From NCBI GenBank assembly GCA_963975135.1, contig CAXBGQ010000001.1, positions 1 through 49,323 of the forward strand: DNA of 49,323 nt, written 5' to 3'. Each line of letters starts with the position of its first letter. Within the stretch, counting starts at the first letter, position 1. Made by a program: the position numbers and the translations under genes. The notes below the pieces were generated by a model. That model was not told where the DNA came from, searched no databases, and saw only the letters and a list, made by a program, of their open reading frames with translations. Of the stretch, positions 18,869-28,575 are shown piece by piece. Source of the DNA: an uncultured Nioella sp. (GTDB lineage: Bacteria; Pseudomonadota; Alphaproteobacteria; Rhodobacterales; Rhodobacteraceae).

Positions 18869-19061
18869 GCCACTGTGTCCAACCGGCGACAGTTTGCCCG
18901 CCAAAAACACCTCGCCTGAATCGTCAACGGAACCAGAGGGTTGCGAAACGACGTGAATGTGGGCAAGATCATGGCAATTGAGGCAATCCGATGGCAAATC
19001 GGACAATAACGTGGAACAAGGGTTCGCCAAAAGAACCCGTCCAGGTTGAGGGTTTTAGGCA

Positions 19062-19904
19062 GTGATCGCACAGCTTGTAAGCGCTGTGGTGCGGGCGATT
19101 TTAGTTGTTATCGTCATCTCCACTCCGTCCCTGCTCCTTCCGGGGTCAAGCCCGGAATCGGCGCAGGTGGTGGCGCTGTTGGCGTTGTTCGGCGCTGTCT
19201 TTACGTTCGCCGAATATGCCTCTTCCTATCCCGGCCTGATCGAATTTCGCGATGCCCCGCCCTTTAACCGGGTCCGAGCGGTCAGCATTTTCCTGACGCT
19301 TTTTCTGCTCAGCCTTGTGGCCGCATCGGGCGATACGCCGCGGTCGCTGTCGTTGATCGTGAATGCGACCGGTCTGGTCGTGGCGCAAGCGATTGATTTT
19401 CCCTACAGCCCCATCGGATTGCTCAGAACGCTTTTATCGGGTGAGGTTTCGGCCAACGATCTGACGATGCTGCGCGCCCTGGGCGGCCTCAGCTTTCTGA
19501 TCGGGCTGGTCACGCTCAGCGTCTTTGCGGTGCTGATGCGGGTGCAGGGATGGCCAAACCGCAACGTCAGTTTCAACGTCTGGGTCAACCTGCCCACATT
19601 CGACCCCACCATTGGCGGCGATGTGGTGGCACGGCTGACGCGCGACAGCCGCATTAACTATATCTTAGGTTTCGTTCTTCCATTCTTGATGCCGGTGCTG
19701 GCGTCGCTTGGCGCGCGGCATCTGGGCGTGTCGTTGATGGCCTCGCCGCAAACGCTTGTCTGGATGGTGACGTTATGGAGCTTTCTGCCGGTATCGCTCT
19801 TTATGCGCGGCATGGCGATGGCGCGCATCGCCGCGATGATCACCGCGCGGCGCAAGCATATCGTGCGGCAACTGGACCAGCATGGCGATTTGCTGCCGGT
19901 CTGA
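19062..19904 (+). CDS. Hypothetical integral membrane protein
   Basis: 280 aa with about 7 hydrophobic segments, GTG start; function not recognisable. Confidence 0.75.
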   Translation: MIAQLVSAVVRAILVVIVISTPSLLLPGSSPESAQVVALLALFGAVFTFAEYASSYPGLIEFRDAPPFNRVRAVSIFLTLFLLSLVAASGDTPRSLSLIVNATGLVVAQAIDFPYSPIGLLRTLLSGEVSANDLTMLRALGGLSFLIGLVTLSVFAVLMRVQGWPNRNVSFNVWVNLPTFDPTIGGDVVARLTRDSRINYILGFVLPFLMPVLASLGARHLGVSLMASPQTLVWMVTLWSFLPVSLFMRGMAMARIAAMITARRKHIVRQLDQHGDLLPV

Positions 19905-20935
19905 TCTGCATCATATTGGCCGGGCCGGCGATTGCCGATCCGGTCCGCATCGCCACCTATAACACCGAATTGTCACGCGACGGCCCTGGCCTGTTCCTGC
20001 GCGATATCCTGCGCGGCGAGGATGACCAGATCGCCGGGGTGACGGGTGTCATCGCGCGGGTCAGCCCCGATATCCTGTTGCTGCAAGGCATCGATTATGA
20101 TGCCGGCGGCTATGCGCTGGCGGCTTTTGCCGATGCGTTGGCCGGGATGGGCGCGGACTATCCCTACCGTCTGGCGCTGCGGCCCAATACCGGCATGCCC
20201 ACGGGCCTAGATCTGGATGGCAACGGGCGGCTGGGCGAGGCGCGCGATGCCCAGGGCTATGGCCGGTTCAACGGCGCGGGCGGGATGGCGGTGCTGTCGC
20301 GGCTGCCGATCGATAGGGGCGCGGTGGTGGATCATTCCGGGTTTCTCTGGGCCGATCTGCCGGGCGGTCAGGCGCGCGAGGTGTTGAGCCCGGAGGCGCT
20401 GGCCGTTCAACGGCTGGCCTCGGTCGCCGCCTGGGAAGTGCCGATTGAGGTTGGCGATCAGGTGCTGCGCCTCTTGACGATGCACGCCACGCCGCCGGTC
20501 TTTGACGGCCCCGAGGATCGCAACGGGCGGCGCAATGCCGATGAGCTGCGGTTCTGGCAATGGCAGATCGAGACCGGCGCGGTCACTGCTCCCTTTGTGC
20601 TGGCGGGGGTAATGAATGCCGACCCGGTCGATGGCGATGCAAGGCGCGAGGTGCTGGCCGCGATGCTGAGCGATCCGGCCTTGCAAGACCCCGCGCCCGT
20701 CAGCGAGGGCGGCGAAGGCACCGATACCGCCGATTGGGCCGATCCCGATCCCGGCAATCTGCGGGTCAGCTATATCCTGCCCTCGGTTGATACGCGCGTT
20801 ATGGATAGCGGCGTGTTCTGGCCCGCCGATGATGCCCCGAACCGGCCGCTGCTGGGTGGGCCAGATGGCAACGGTGCCTCGCGGCAGCGGCTGGTCTGGG
20901 TCGATATCGAGATGCAGGGCATGGGCGAGCACTGA
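19775..20935 (+). CDS. Endonuclease/exonuclease/phosphatase (EEP) family protein; start uncertain, possibly near 19901-19916
   Basis: RIATYN, PDILLLQ, GMAVLSRLP, HATPPVFDGPEDRNG.RN.DE and C-terminal LRVxYILPS/RLVWVD, preceded by a signal-like hydrophobic stretch. Confidence 0.75.
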   Translation: MELSAGIALYARHGDGAHRRDDHRAAQAYRAATGPAWRFAAGLICIILAGPAIADPVRIATYNTELSRDGPGLFLRDILRGEDDQIAGVTGVIARVSPDILLLQGIDYDAGGYALAAFADALAGMGADYPYRLALRPNTGMPTGLDLDGNGRLGEARDAQGYGRFNGAGGMAVLSRLPIDRGAVVDHSGFLWADLPGGQAREVLSPEALAVQRLASVAAWEVPIEVGDQVLRLLTMHATPPVFDGPEDRNGRRNADELRFWQWQIETGAVTAPFVLAGVMNADPVDGDARREVLAAMLSDPALQDPAPVSEGGEGTDTADWADPDPGNLRVSYILPSVDTRVMDSGVFWPADDAPNRPLLGGPDGNGASRQRLVWVDIEMQGMGEH

Positions 20936-21014
20936 GCTCTGTGCTGCTTTCTTGACCCTCCGGCGCGCAGGGGTTACCCGGTGGCAACCCAATTTCTAGG
21001 ACACGGAACACGCC

Positions 21015-22121
21015 ATGAGCACCCCTTCGCTTCTTATCCTGCCCGGTGACGGGATCGGCCCCGAAGTAATGGCCGAGGTTCGCAAGGTCATCGACTGGTT
21101 CGGCACCAATCGCGGCCTTGCCTTTGACGTCAGCGAAGATCTGGTGGGCGGCGCGGCCTATGACGCCCATGGCGCGCCCTTGTCGGATGAGACGATGGAA
21201 CGCGCACAGGCGGCGGATGCGGTTTTGCTGGGGGCCGTGGGCGGCCCGAAATACGACGATCTGGATTTTTCCGTCAAGCCCGAACGCGGCCTGTTGCGTC
21301 TGCGCAAGGAGATGGACCTGTTTTCCAACCTGCGCCCGGCGCAGTGTTTCGACGCGCTGGCCGATTTCTCGTCGCTGAAAAAGGATGTCGTGGCGGGTCT
21401 CGACATCATGATCGTGCGCGAATTGACCAGCGGAGTCTATTTCGGCGAACCTCGCGGCATATTCGAAGAGGGCAATGAGCGCGTCGGCATCAACACGCAG
21501 CGCTATACGGAATCCGAGATTGCCCGGGTGGCAAGGTCGGCATTCGAGCTGGCGCGGCGGCGCTCGGGCAAGGTCTGTTCGATGGAAAAGGCCAATGTGA
21601 TGGAATCGGGCATCCTGTGGCGCGACGTGGTCAGCGAGGTTCACGCGGCCGAATACACGGATATCGAGCTCAGCCATATGTATGCCGATAACGGTGCCAT
21701 GCAGCTGGTGCGCGCGCCGAAGCAGTTCGACGTGATCCTGACCGACAACCTCTTTGGCGATATCCTGTCCGATTGTGCCGCGATGCTGACCGGGTCGCTT
21801 GGCATGTTGCCCTCGGCCAGTCTGGGCGCGCCGATGGCAAGTGGCCGACCCAAGGCGCTTTATGAACCGGTGCATGGCTCGGCCCCCGATATCACCGGTC
21901 AGGGCAAGGCCAACCCGATCGCCTGTATCCTCAGTTTCGCCATGGCGCTGCGCTATTCCTTCGATCAGGGCGATGAGGCCGCGCGGCTGGAGGGCGCAGT
22001 CGAGGCCGTGCTGGCCGACGGGTTGCGCACCGCCGATCTGTTGGGGGCCGACGGTGAGACGCCGATCAGCACCACAGAAATGGGCGACGCGATCATTGCC
22101 AAGCTGACCGCGAGCCTCTGA
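21015..22121 (+). CDS. leuB: 3-isopropylmalate dehydrogenase
   Basis: [45 protein letters not shown]. Confidence 0.97.
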   Translation: MSTPSLLILPGDGIGPEVMAEVRKVIDWFGTNRGLAFDVSEDLVGGAAYDAHGAPLSDETMERAQAADAVLLGAVGGPKYDDLDFSVKPERGLLRLRKEMDLFSNLRPAQCFDALADFSSLKKDVVAGLDIMIVRELTSGVYFGEPRGIFEEGNERVGINTQRYTESEIARVARSAFELARRRSGKVCSMEKANVMESGILWRDVVSEVHAAEYTDIELSHMYADNGAMQLVRAPKQFDVILTDNLFGDILSDCAAMLTGSLGMLPSASLGAPMASGRPKALYEPVHGSAPDITGQGKANPIACILSFAMALRYSFDQGDEAARLEGAVEAVLADGLRTADLLGADGETPISTTEMGDAIIAKLTASL

Positions 22122-22127
22122 CGATAC

Positions 22128-22157
22128 GGGGGCAATCCCGTACGGGGTTGCCCTTTT
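22128..22157 (+). terminator. Rho-independent terminator of leuB
   Basis: GGGGGCAATCCC-gtac-GGGGTTGCCC followed by TTTT. Confidence 0.75.
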
Positions 22158-22215
22158 GCCTTTGCGGCATGGCCGGGCTAGGGTCCGCATCGGACCTGAA
22201 AAAACGAAATCACAC

Positions 22216-23187
22216 ATGACCCTGAGCCCCCAATCCCCCTCTCTGCGCGGCGCGCTCTTTGCGCTCATGGCCTTTGGCCTGTTTTCGACGCATGATCTGG
22301 TGGTCAAGTTTCTGGGGCTCAGCTACGCCGCACCGCAGATCATCTTTTTCTCGGTCCTGTTCGGCTTTCCCCTGATCATCTTTATCCTGATCCGCGACTC
22401 GGGTGGCGGATCGCTGAGGCCCGTGCATCCCTGGTGGACCGTTGCGCGCGGCGCGATGTCGGCGATCAGCGGCGGCGCGGTTTATTATGCGATTTCGGTG
22501 CTGCCGCTGACGCAGCTTTACCCGATCCTGTTTTCCACCCCGCTCCTGATCACATTGATGGCGATTCCGATCCTGGGCGAACGCGTCGGCCCGCACCGGG
22601 CGGTGGCGGTGGTGGTGGGCATGATCGGCGTGATCGTGGTGCTGCAGCCGGGCGTGGCTGCGTTTTCCATCGGCCATCTTGCGGCGCTGGTGGCGGCGGC
22701 GGCCTCGGCCTTCAACTCGATCATCATGCGCAAGGTCGGGCGCGCCGAACGCACCGTGGTGTTGCAGCTTTATCCGCTGATCGTGAACCTGGTGATCATG
22801 GGGGCGCTTTTGCCTTTCGTCTATGTGCCGATGCAGCTGGTCGATCTCGGGGCCAGCGCCGTGGTGGCCGTGCTGGCGCTGACGGCGGTGGCCTGTCTGG
22901 TCGCGGCCTATCGCGCTGCCCCCGCCGTCGTGGTGGCACCCATGCAATATTCGCAGATCATCTGGGCCAGCCTGTTTGGCCTTCTGTTCTTTGACGACAG
23001 CATGGACCGGATGACCCTCTTGGGCACCGCCATCATCATCGCCTCGGGCGTCTATATCGTGCTGCGCGAGGACAAGCGCCGCGCCGATGGATCGACGCAG
23101 CCGGTGTTGCGCTCGCGTTCCCGCGCGGGCACGCCGTCGATGCCGCGCGTGGCCTCGTTCCTGACACGCGAGGAAAAGGATAAATGA
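22216..23187 (+). CDS. DMT/EamA family transporter
   Basis: Multi-TM; LGERVG.HR and VVAPMQYSQIIW motifs. Confidence 0.88.
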   Translation: MTLSPQSPSLRGALFALMAFGLFSTHDLVVKFLGLSYAAPQIIFFSVLFGFPLIIFILIRDSGGGSLRPVHPWWTVARGAMSAISGGAVYYAISVLPLTQLYPILFSTPLLITLMAIPILGERVGPHRAVAVVVGMIGVIVVLQPGVAAFSIGHLAALVAAAASAFNSIIMRKVGRAERTVVLQLYPLIVNLVIMGALLPFVYVPMQLVDLGASAVVAVLALTAVACLVAAYRAAPAVVVAPMQYSQIIWASLFGLLFFDDSMDRMTLLGTAIIIASGVYIVLREDKRRADGSTQPVLRSRSRAGTPSMPRVASFLTREEKDK

Positions 23188-24679
23188 CCATGCCCGCGCC
23201 CATTCGTCTGGCCGTGGTGGCCACGGCGGCCGATAATGTGCAGGCGCTGAAGGCGCTGCGCGCCCTGGCCGGCGACCGCATCGGGCATGTGGTGCATCTG
23301 GGCGGCGGGCAGGCCGATTACAAAGCCAATAACTTCTTTCGCATGCGCCCCGTCAGGGGTACGCGCGGCGATCTGATGGTGGGCGACCGTTTCACCGGGG
23401 CCGCCGCCGCTCTGGAAACCGGGCCCGACATGGCCGCCGCGCAGTGGAGGCGATCGACAACCTGACCCGTGGGTCGGATCAGATGGCCTATAAATTTCAC
23501 GGCATTCAGGACGTGCAGGATTATCAGCACATCACCCATATCGCGCATGACGTGATGGCCGGGATGCTGCTGCGTGAGGGCATTACCCATGTGCTGTTCT
23601 TCGACATCCCGCATATGTTCCATGACACCTGCCTGCGGCAGGCGGCCGAGGCGCTTGGGCTGGAGGTGCTGATCCTGCGGCAGAGCTTTTTCCCGCGGCA
23701 ATTCTTTTCGATGCGGCGCGTGATGGAGCTTGGCCATATGGCCCCGCGCACATCCGAGGCGGCGGCCCCACCCGTGCCTCTGGCCAAGGGCCCGCCCGAT
23801 CTGTTCTACATGAAAGGCGTCAAGCAGGAGCGCGATGCACCGGGCCGCCTGACCCTGCGGGCAGTGGCGCAGATGATTACGCATCACGCCGTCAATGCGC
23901 CTCTCAAGCTGCTGAACCCGGTCTACATGGCGCGGCTCTTGCGCCGGATGCATCGGCTGGCCGGCCGGTTTCCGAAATGGCGCGACCCGTTCCATCATTT
24001 CTTTCACACCGATCACATGGCCTATTTCGTTCAGCTTGCCGAGGTCGAAGAGACCGAGCCGGACCTGAGCCAGCCCTTTGTCTATTTCCCGATGCAGTGG
24101 CAGCCCGAAATGACCACCAGCAGCCTGGGCGGGCGCTATCGCGATCAACTGCTGGCGCTGGAGCGTCTGGCCGAGATGCTGCCCGAGGGGCACCTGATCT
24201 ATGTGAAGGAAAACCCCAAGCAGAACGGCAAACTGCGCAGCCCGCTGTTCTTTCACCGGATGAACCGGATCAAACAGGTGCGCCTGATGCCGAGCCATGC
24301 CAACAGTCAGACATTGCTGGCGCATTCGGTTGCAGTCGCCAATATTTCCGGCACTGTCGGGTGGGAGGGCGTGCTGGCAGGCAAACCGGTGCTCTGCTTT
24401 GGCGCGACCTGGTGGTCCGAAGCCCCCGGCGTCACGCGCTACCGGCCCGGATTGCGGTTCGACGAATTGCTGGCCAACACCGCAACCCATGCCGATGCCG
24501 AAGGTTTTGCCGGTCGTTTGCAGGCGCGGTCGCACGCCGGCAACGTGCAGCGGCATTTCAATCGCGCCGACGCGGAGTTGCCGGATGCCGAGAATGCGGA
24601 TCTGGTGGCCCGTGCCATCCTCGATCTGCTGGAGGGCCGCGTGCCGCATAGTTTCGACCCGTTGGAGGACACCGCATGA
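23184..24679 (+). pseudogene. KpsS/Capsule_synth-like glycosyltransferase split by an apparent 1-nt frameshift near 23435-23444
   Basis: ORF 23184-23465 (ATGA-coupled to the DMT gene) overlaps ORF 23444-24679 in the -1 frame, whose GTG has no SD. C-terminal motifs YFPMQWQPE, YVKENP, GTVGWEG..AGKPV. Confidence 0.65.
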
Positions 24680-25368
24680 CCATTGTGGCCATCATCCCCG
24701 CGCGCGGCGGATCGAAACGGATCCCGCACAAGAACATCAAGCCGTTTCTGGGCGCGCCGATACTGCATTGGCCGATTGCGGCGGCGCGGGCATCGCGCCT
24801 CTTTGACCACATAATCGTGTCCACCGACGACCCCGAGATTGCCGATTGCGCGCGCACCGCCGGGGCCGAGGCGCTGATGCGCCCCGATGATCTGGCCGAT
24901 GATTTCACCGGCGTGGTGCCGGTCATGCGCCACGCCATCGCCACCCTGCCCGACCGGATCGAGGCCGCCTGCCTGATCTATGCCACCGCGCCGTTTCTGC
25001 TGGCCGATGATCTGCGCCGGGGCCGCGCGGCGCTCAAGGGGGCGGGCTATGCCCTGTCGGTCACCACCTTTCCGTTTCCGATTCAGCGCGCGGTGATGCG
25101 TACGCCCGATAACCGGCTGATCATGGCTTTTCCTGAACATGCCCAGACCCGGTCGCAGGATCTTCCCGAAGCGCTGCACGATGCGGCGATGTTTGCCTGG
25201 GGCACGCGGGCGGCGTGGGGCTCGGATACACCGCTTTTCGGCCCCGATACCGCCCCGGTCGAGATCCCGCGCCACCGGGTACAGGATCTGGACACACAAG
25301 AGGACTGGATCCGCGCCGAATATATGGGCCGGGCGCTGATTGCCGCCGGTGAAATATCGCCACCTTGA
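24676..25368 (+). CDS. pseF: Pseudaminic acid/acylneuraminate cytidylyltransferase
   Basis: IIPARGGSKRIP.KN, VSTDD.EIA, IYATAPF, RSQDL...HDA motifs. Confidence 0.82.
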   Translation: MTIVAIIPARGGSKRIPHKNIKPFLGAPILHWPIAAARASRLFDHIIVSTDDPEIADCARTAGAEALMRPDDLADDFTGVVPVMRHAIATLPDRIEAACLIYATAPFLLADDLRRGRAALKGAGYALSVTTFPFPIQRAVMRTPDNRLIMAFPEHAQTRSQDLPEALHDAAMFAWGTRAAWGSDTPLFGPDTAPVEIPRHRVQDLDTQEDWIRAEYMGRALIAAGEISPP

Positions 25369-25400
25369 CGGGCGCGCGGGACCAAGGGAAAACCGACCCC

Positions 25401-26456
25401 ATGATAGACCCCATCCAAATCGAACATTTTACGCTTGGCGAAGACCTCAAACCCTTCCTGATCGCCGAGCTTTCCGCCAATCATGACCGCGATCTCGATC
25501 TGGCGCTGAAGCTGGTCGATATTGCCGCCGATGCCGGGTGGGACTGCATCAAGTTCCAGACCTATGACGCCGACACGCTGACTGTGCCATCGACGCATAG
25601 CTCGATGAAGATCGACCCGGTCTGGGGCACCGACAACCTCTATGATCTCTACAATTCCGCCGGTATGCCGATGGAGTTTCACGCGCCTCTCTTTGAACGC
25701 GCCCGCGAACGCGGCCTGGTGCCGTTCACCTCGGTCTATGATCCGCGCGACATGGATTTTGTCGAGGGCCTTGGCTGTGCGGTCTACAAGATCGCCAGTT
25801 TCGAGATGACATTTGACGATCTGCTGATCGAGGTCGCGGCCACCGGCAAGCCCATCATCATGTCGACCGGCATGGCCAATCTGGGCGAGGTCGATCACGC
25901 GATGGAGGTGCTGGACAAACACCGCAGCGGCCCGGTTGTGTTGCTGCATTGCGTGTCGTCCTACCCCGCCCCGGTCGAGAAAGTGAACCTGGCCTCGATG
26001 GCCACGTTGCGCGACCGGTTTTGCCGTCATATCGGGTTTTCCGATCACACCATCGGTGCCGATGTCGCGGTGACGGCGGCGGCGATGGGGGCGGTGGCGA
26101 TTGAAAAGCATTTCACCGATGACATGACCCGCCCCGGCCCCGATCACCGGTTTTCGGCCACCCCCGAGATCCTGCGCGACATCGCCCAAAGGGTCGATCT
26201 GGTCCAGACCATGCGCGGCACGGCCAACAAGGACACGGTTCAGGCCGAAGCAGGCAACCGCGCCGCGTTTCGCCGATCGGCCTTTGCGCTGCGCGACCTG
26301 AAGGCGGGCGAGGTTCTGGGCTGGGGCGATTACCGGTTCGTGCGGCCCAATGCGGGTGTTCCGGTGAGCGACAAGCCCGCCCTGATCGACCGCAGGCTGG
26401 CGCGCGACGTGAAGCAATACGATCCCATAACTTACGAGGATTTGGCTCCGAGATGA
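25401..26456 (+). CDS. pseI: Nonulosonic acid synthase (PseI/NeuB family) with C-terminal SAF domain
   Basis: IAELSANH, KFQTY, KIASFE, LHCVSSYP, FSDHT, IEKHFT, PDH.FS. Confidence 0.78.
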   Translation: MIDPIQIEHFTLGEDLKPFLIAELSANHDRDLDLALKLVDIAADAGWDCIKFQTYDADTLTVPSTHSSMKIDPVWGTDNLYDLYNSAGMPMEFHAPLFERARERGLVPFTSVYDPRDMDFVEGLGCAVYKIASFEMTFDDLLIEVAATGKPIIMSTGMANLGEVDHAMEVLDKHRSGPVVLLHCVSSYPAPVEKVNLASMATLRDRFCRHIGFSDHTIGADVAVTAAAMGAVAIEKHFTDDMTRPGPDHRFSATPEILRDIAQRVDLVQTMRGTANKDTVQAEAGNRAAFRRSAFALRDLKAGEVLGWGDYRFVRPNAGVPVSDKPALIDRRLARDVKQYDPITYEDLAPR

Positions 26457-27091
26457 AAATACGCCCCGCCACAATGAACGATGCGAAAATGCTGTTTGGA
26501 TGGCGCAACGATCCTCAAACGCGGGCGATGTCGAACACGCAGGACCCGGTAGCCTGGGAAGCCCATGTCGAATGGTTGAAAGCAAGTCTTTCGGACCCTA
26601 CCCGCGACATTTTGATTGCAGAGGTGGATGGCCCGGTAGGCACAGTTCGGCGTGATCGCGATGTATCCGGATGCATCGGCGTGTCTATGACCATGGCCCC
26701 TGAGGCCCGTGGTCGAAAGCTTTCAGGTCCGATGATGGACATGGCAACGTCGGATCCGGGGCGTTACACCTGCGGCATTCGCGCTGACAACCCGGCCAGC
26801 AGACGCGGAGTCGAAAGAGCGGGGTTCGTTTTCACCCACAATGCCGATGGAATGGACTTTTTCATCAAGGACCGAAGGAAAGCAACGATGACCCCCGAAC
26901 AGATCGAAGAGAAGCTGAAACTGATCGACGCCATCGAAGCGGTGCGCACCAAGAACAATGTGAACTGGATGAACTTGCTGCGCGTGGCGCTGCGCGCCGA
27001 TCCCGAGGGCACGCTTGCACTGGTGCGCGAGATCAACACCAAGGATAACGAAATATCCGAGCTGTTCGCGAAACTGGGTGAGGCTGTCTGA
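26453..27091 (+). CDS. GNAT acetyltransferase (PseH-like) with a 67-aa C-terminal helical extension
   Basis: IRPAT..D...LF.WRND...R.MS, H..W, ARGRKLS and N.AS...E.AGF motifs; in-frame second module from 26888. Confidence 0.7.
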   Translation: MKIRPATMNDAKMLFGWRNDPQTRAMSNTQDPVAWEAHVEWLKASLSDPTRDILIAEVDGPVGTVRRDRDVSGCIGVSMTMAPEARGRKLSGPMMDMATSDPGRYTCGIRADNPASRRGVERAGFVFTHNADGMDFFIKDRRKATMTPEQIEEKLKLIDAIEAVRTKNNVNWMNLLRVALRADPEGTLALVREINTKDNEISELFAKLGEAV

Positions 27092-27098
27092 AGCTCGC

Positions 27099-28574
27099 TC
27101 AGGCCACCGCCTGACAGAGCCCCCTCAGAACGGCGCGGGCCCCGTAGGTTTCGATCTGGCCCAGTTGACGGGCAAAGGCGGCGGCAAACCGGCTGTCCCC
27201 GGCCAGCGTGCCGAAAATCTCCTCTTGTGACAGAAACGCGGCGGGGTCTTCGGAGGCCCGCAAGGCGGCGGCGATCAGGCTGTCGGCGCGCTCATCCTCA
27301 ACCACGAACCCAGCCCCCTTGTCGTCGGAGGCCGCCAGATAGGCGCACCAGAACGCCACCTCCAGCGCCAGCAGGTCAACCGCGCCGCCCACGGCCAGCG
27401 CATCGGCAATCGAGGGCAGAACGAATTTCGGCTGCCGGTTCGATCCGTCAAGACAAAGCCGGGCGATGGTGTCGCCGATGGCCGGATTGGCAAAGCGTTT
27501 GATGCAAGTATCGAGATAGGTGGCGTAATCGACGCCCGCGATCGGCGGCAGGATCGGGATCACCTCGGTTCCCATCAGATGCCGCAGCCAGGCCGCGATA
27601 TCGGGATCGGCCATGGCGTCATGCACATAGTCATGGCCAAGCAACGCAGCCGGGTAAGCGATGGCGGCGTGGCCCGCGTTCAGGATGCGCAGCTTCATGG
27701 TCTCGTAAGGGGCGACGTCTTCGACAAACTCCACACCGACATGTTCCAAAGCCGGGCGGCCTTGCGGGAAATTATCCTCCATCACCCATTGCCGGAACGG
27801 CTCACAGGCGACGGGGGCGGCATCGTTGATGCCAAAGCGGTCGGCGACCATGCGAATTTCACGCGCCGAGGTGGCGGGCGTGATGCAATCGACCATGCTG
27901 CCGGGGAAGGCGACGTTTTCGGCCACCCAATCATACAGGTCGGGCGAGATCAGCCCGGCCAGCCCCAGAACAGCCGCCCGCGTGACATGGCCGTTTTCCG
28001 GCAGGTTGTCACAGGACAGGATGGTGAAAGGCGGCAGGCCGGCCGCGCGGCGGCGCTCAAGCCCGGCCAGAAGCAGGCCGAACACCGTTTCGGGTTGGTC
28101 CGGGGTCGCCGCGTCGCGCTGAATCTCGGGATGGGTGGCGTTGAACCCGCCTGTGGTCGCATCGACGTAATAGCCGCCCTCGGTGATCGTCAGCGACACG
28201 ATGCGGATGGCGGGATCGGCAAGCTGGTCGATCAGGGCCGCCGCCTCGACCGGACAAAACCCGATCATCGCGCCGGTGACACGTGCGGAAAAGCCCGACA
28301 GGTCCATCTCGACCACAGTGGTCAGCCAATCCTGATCGATCAGGGCGGCGCGTTTTTCGGCATCGAAGGATTTCACACCGGCCCCGATAATGGCCCAGTC
28401 ATGATCGCGGCCCAGGTTGAACAGCCGGTCCAGATACACCGCCTGATGGGCCCGGTGAAAATTGCCGACACCGATATGGACGATGCCCGCGCTGAGATCA
28501 TCGCGCCGGTAAAGCGGGGTTGCCACGGTGTCGGGCAGGTCGGACAGGGTTGCAAGCGAGAGGGTGCGTGTCAT
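27099..28574 (-). CDS. mtlK: Mannitol 2-dehydrogenase
   Basis: IVHIGVGNFHRAHQA, SLTITEGGY, SCDNL, MVDCITP, EPFRQWV.ED, KLRILN. Confidence 0.9.
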   Translation of the reverse strand: MTRTLSLATLSDLPDTVATPLYRRDDLSAGIVHIGVGNFHRAHQAVYLDRLFNLGRDHDWAIIGAGVKSFDAEKRAALIDQDWLTTVVEMDLSGFSARVTGAMIGFCPVEAAALIDQLADPAIRIVSLTITEGGYYVDATTGGFNATHPEIQRDAATPDQPETVFGLLLAGLERRRAAGLPPFTILSCDNLPENGHVTRAAVLGLAGLISPDLYDWVAENVAFPGSMVDCITPATSAREIRMVADRFGINDAAPVACEPFRQWVMEDNFPQGRPALEHVGVEFVEDVAPYETMKLRILNAGHAAIAYPAALLGHDYVHDAMADPDIAAWLRHLMGTEVIPILPPIAGVDYATYLDTCIKRFANPAIGDTIARLCLDGSNRQPKFVLPSIADALAVGGAVDLLALEVAFWCAYLAASDDKGAGFVVEDERADSLIAAALRASEDPAAFLSQEEIFGTLAGDSRFAAAFARQLGQIETYGARAVLRGLCQAVA

Positions 28575-28575
28575 G

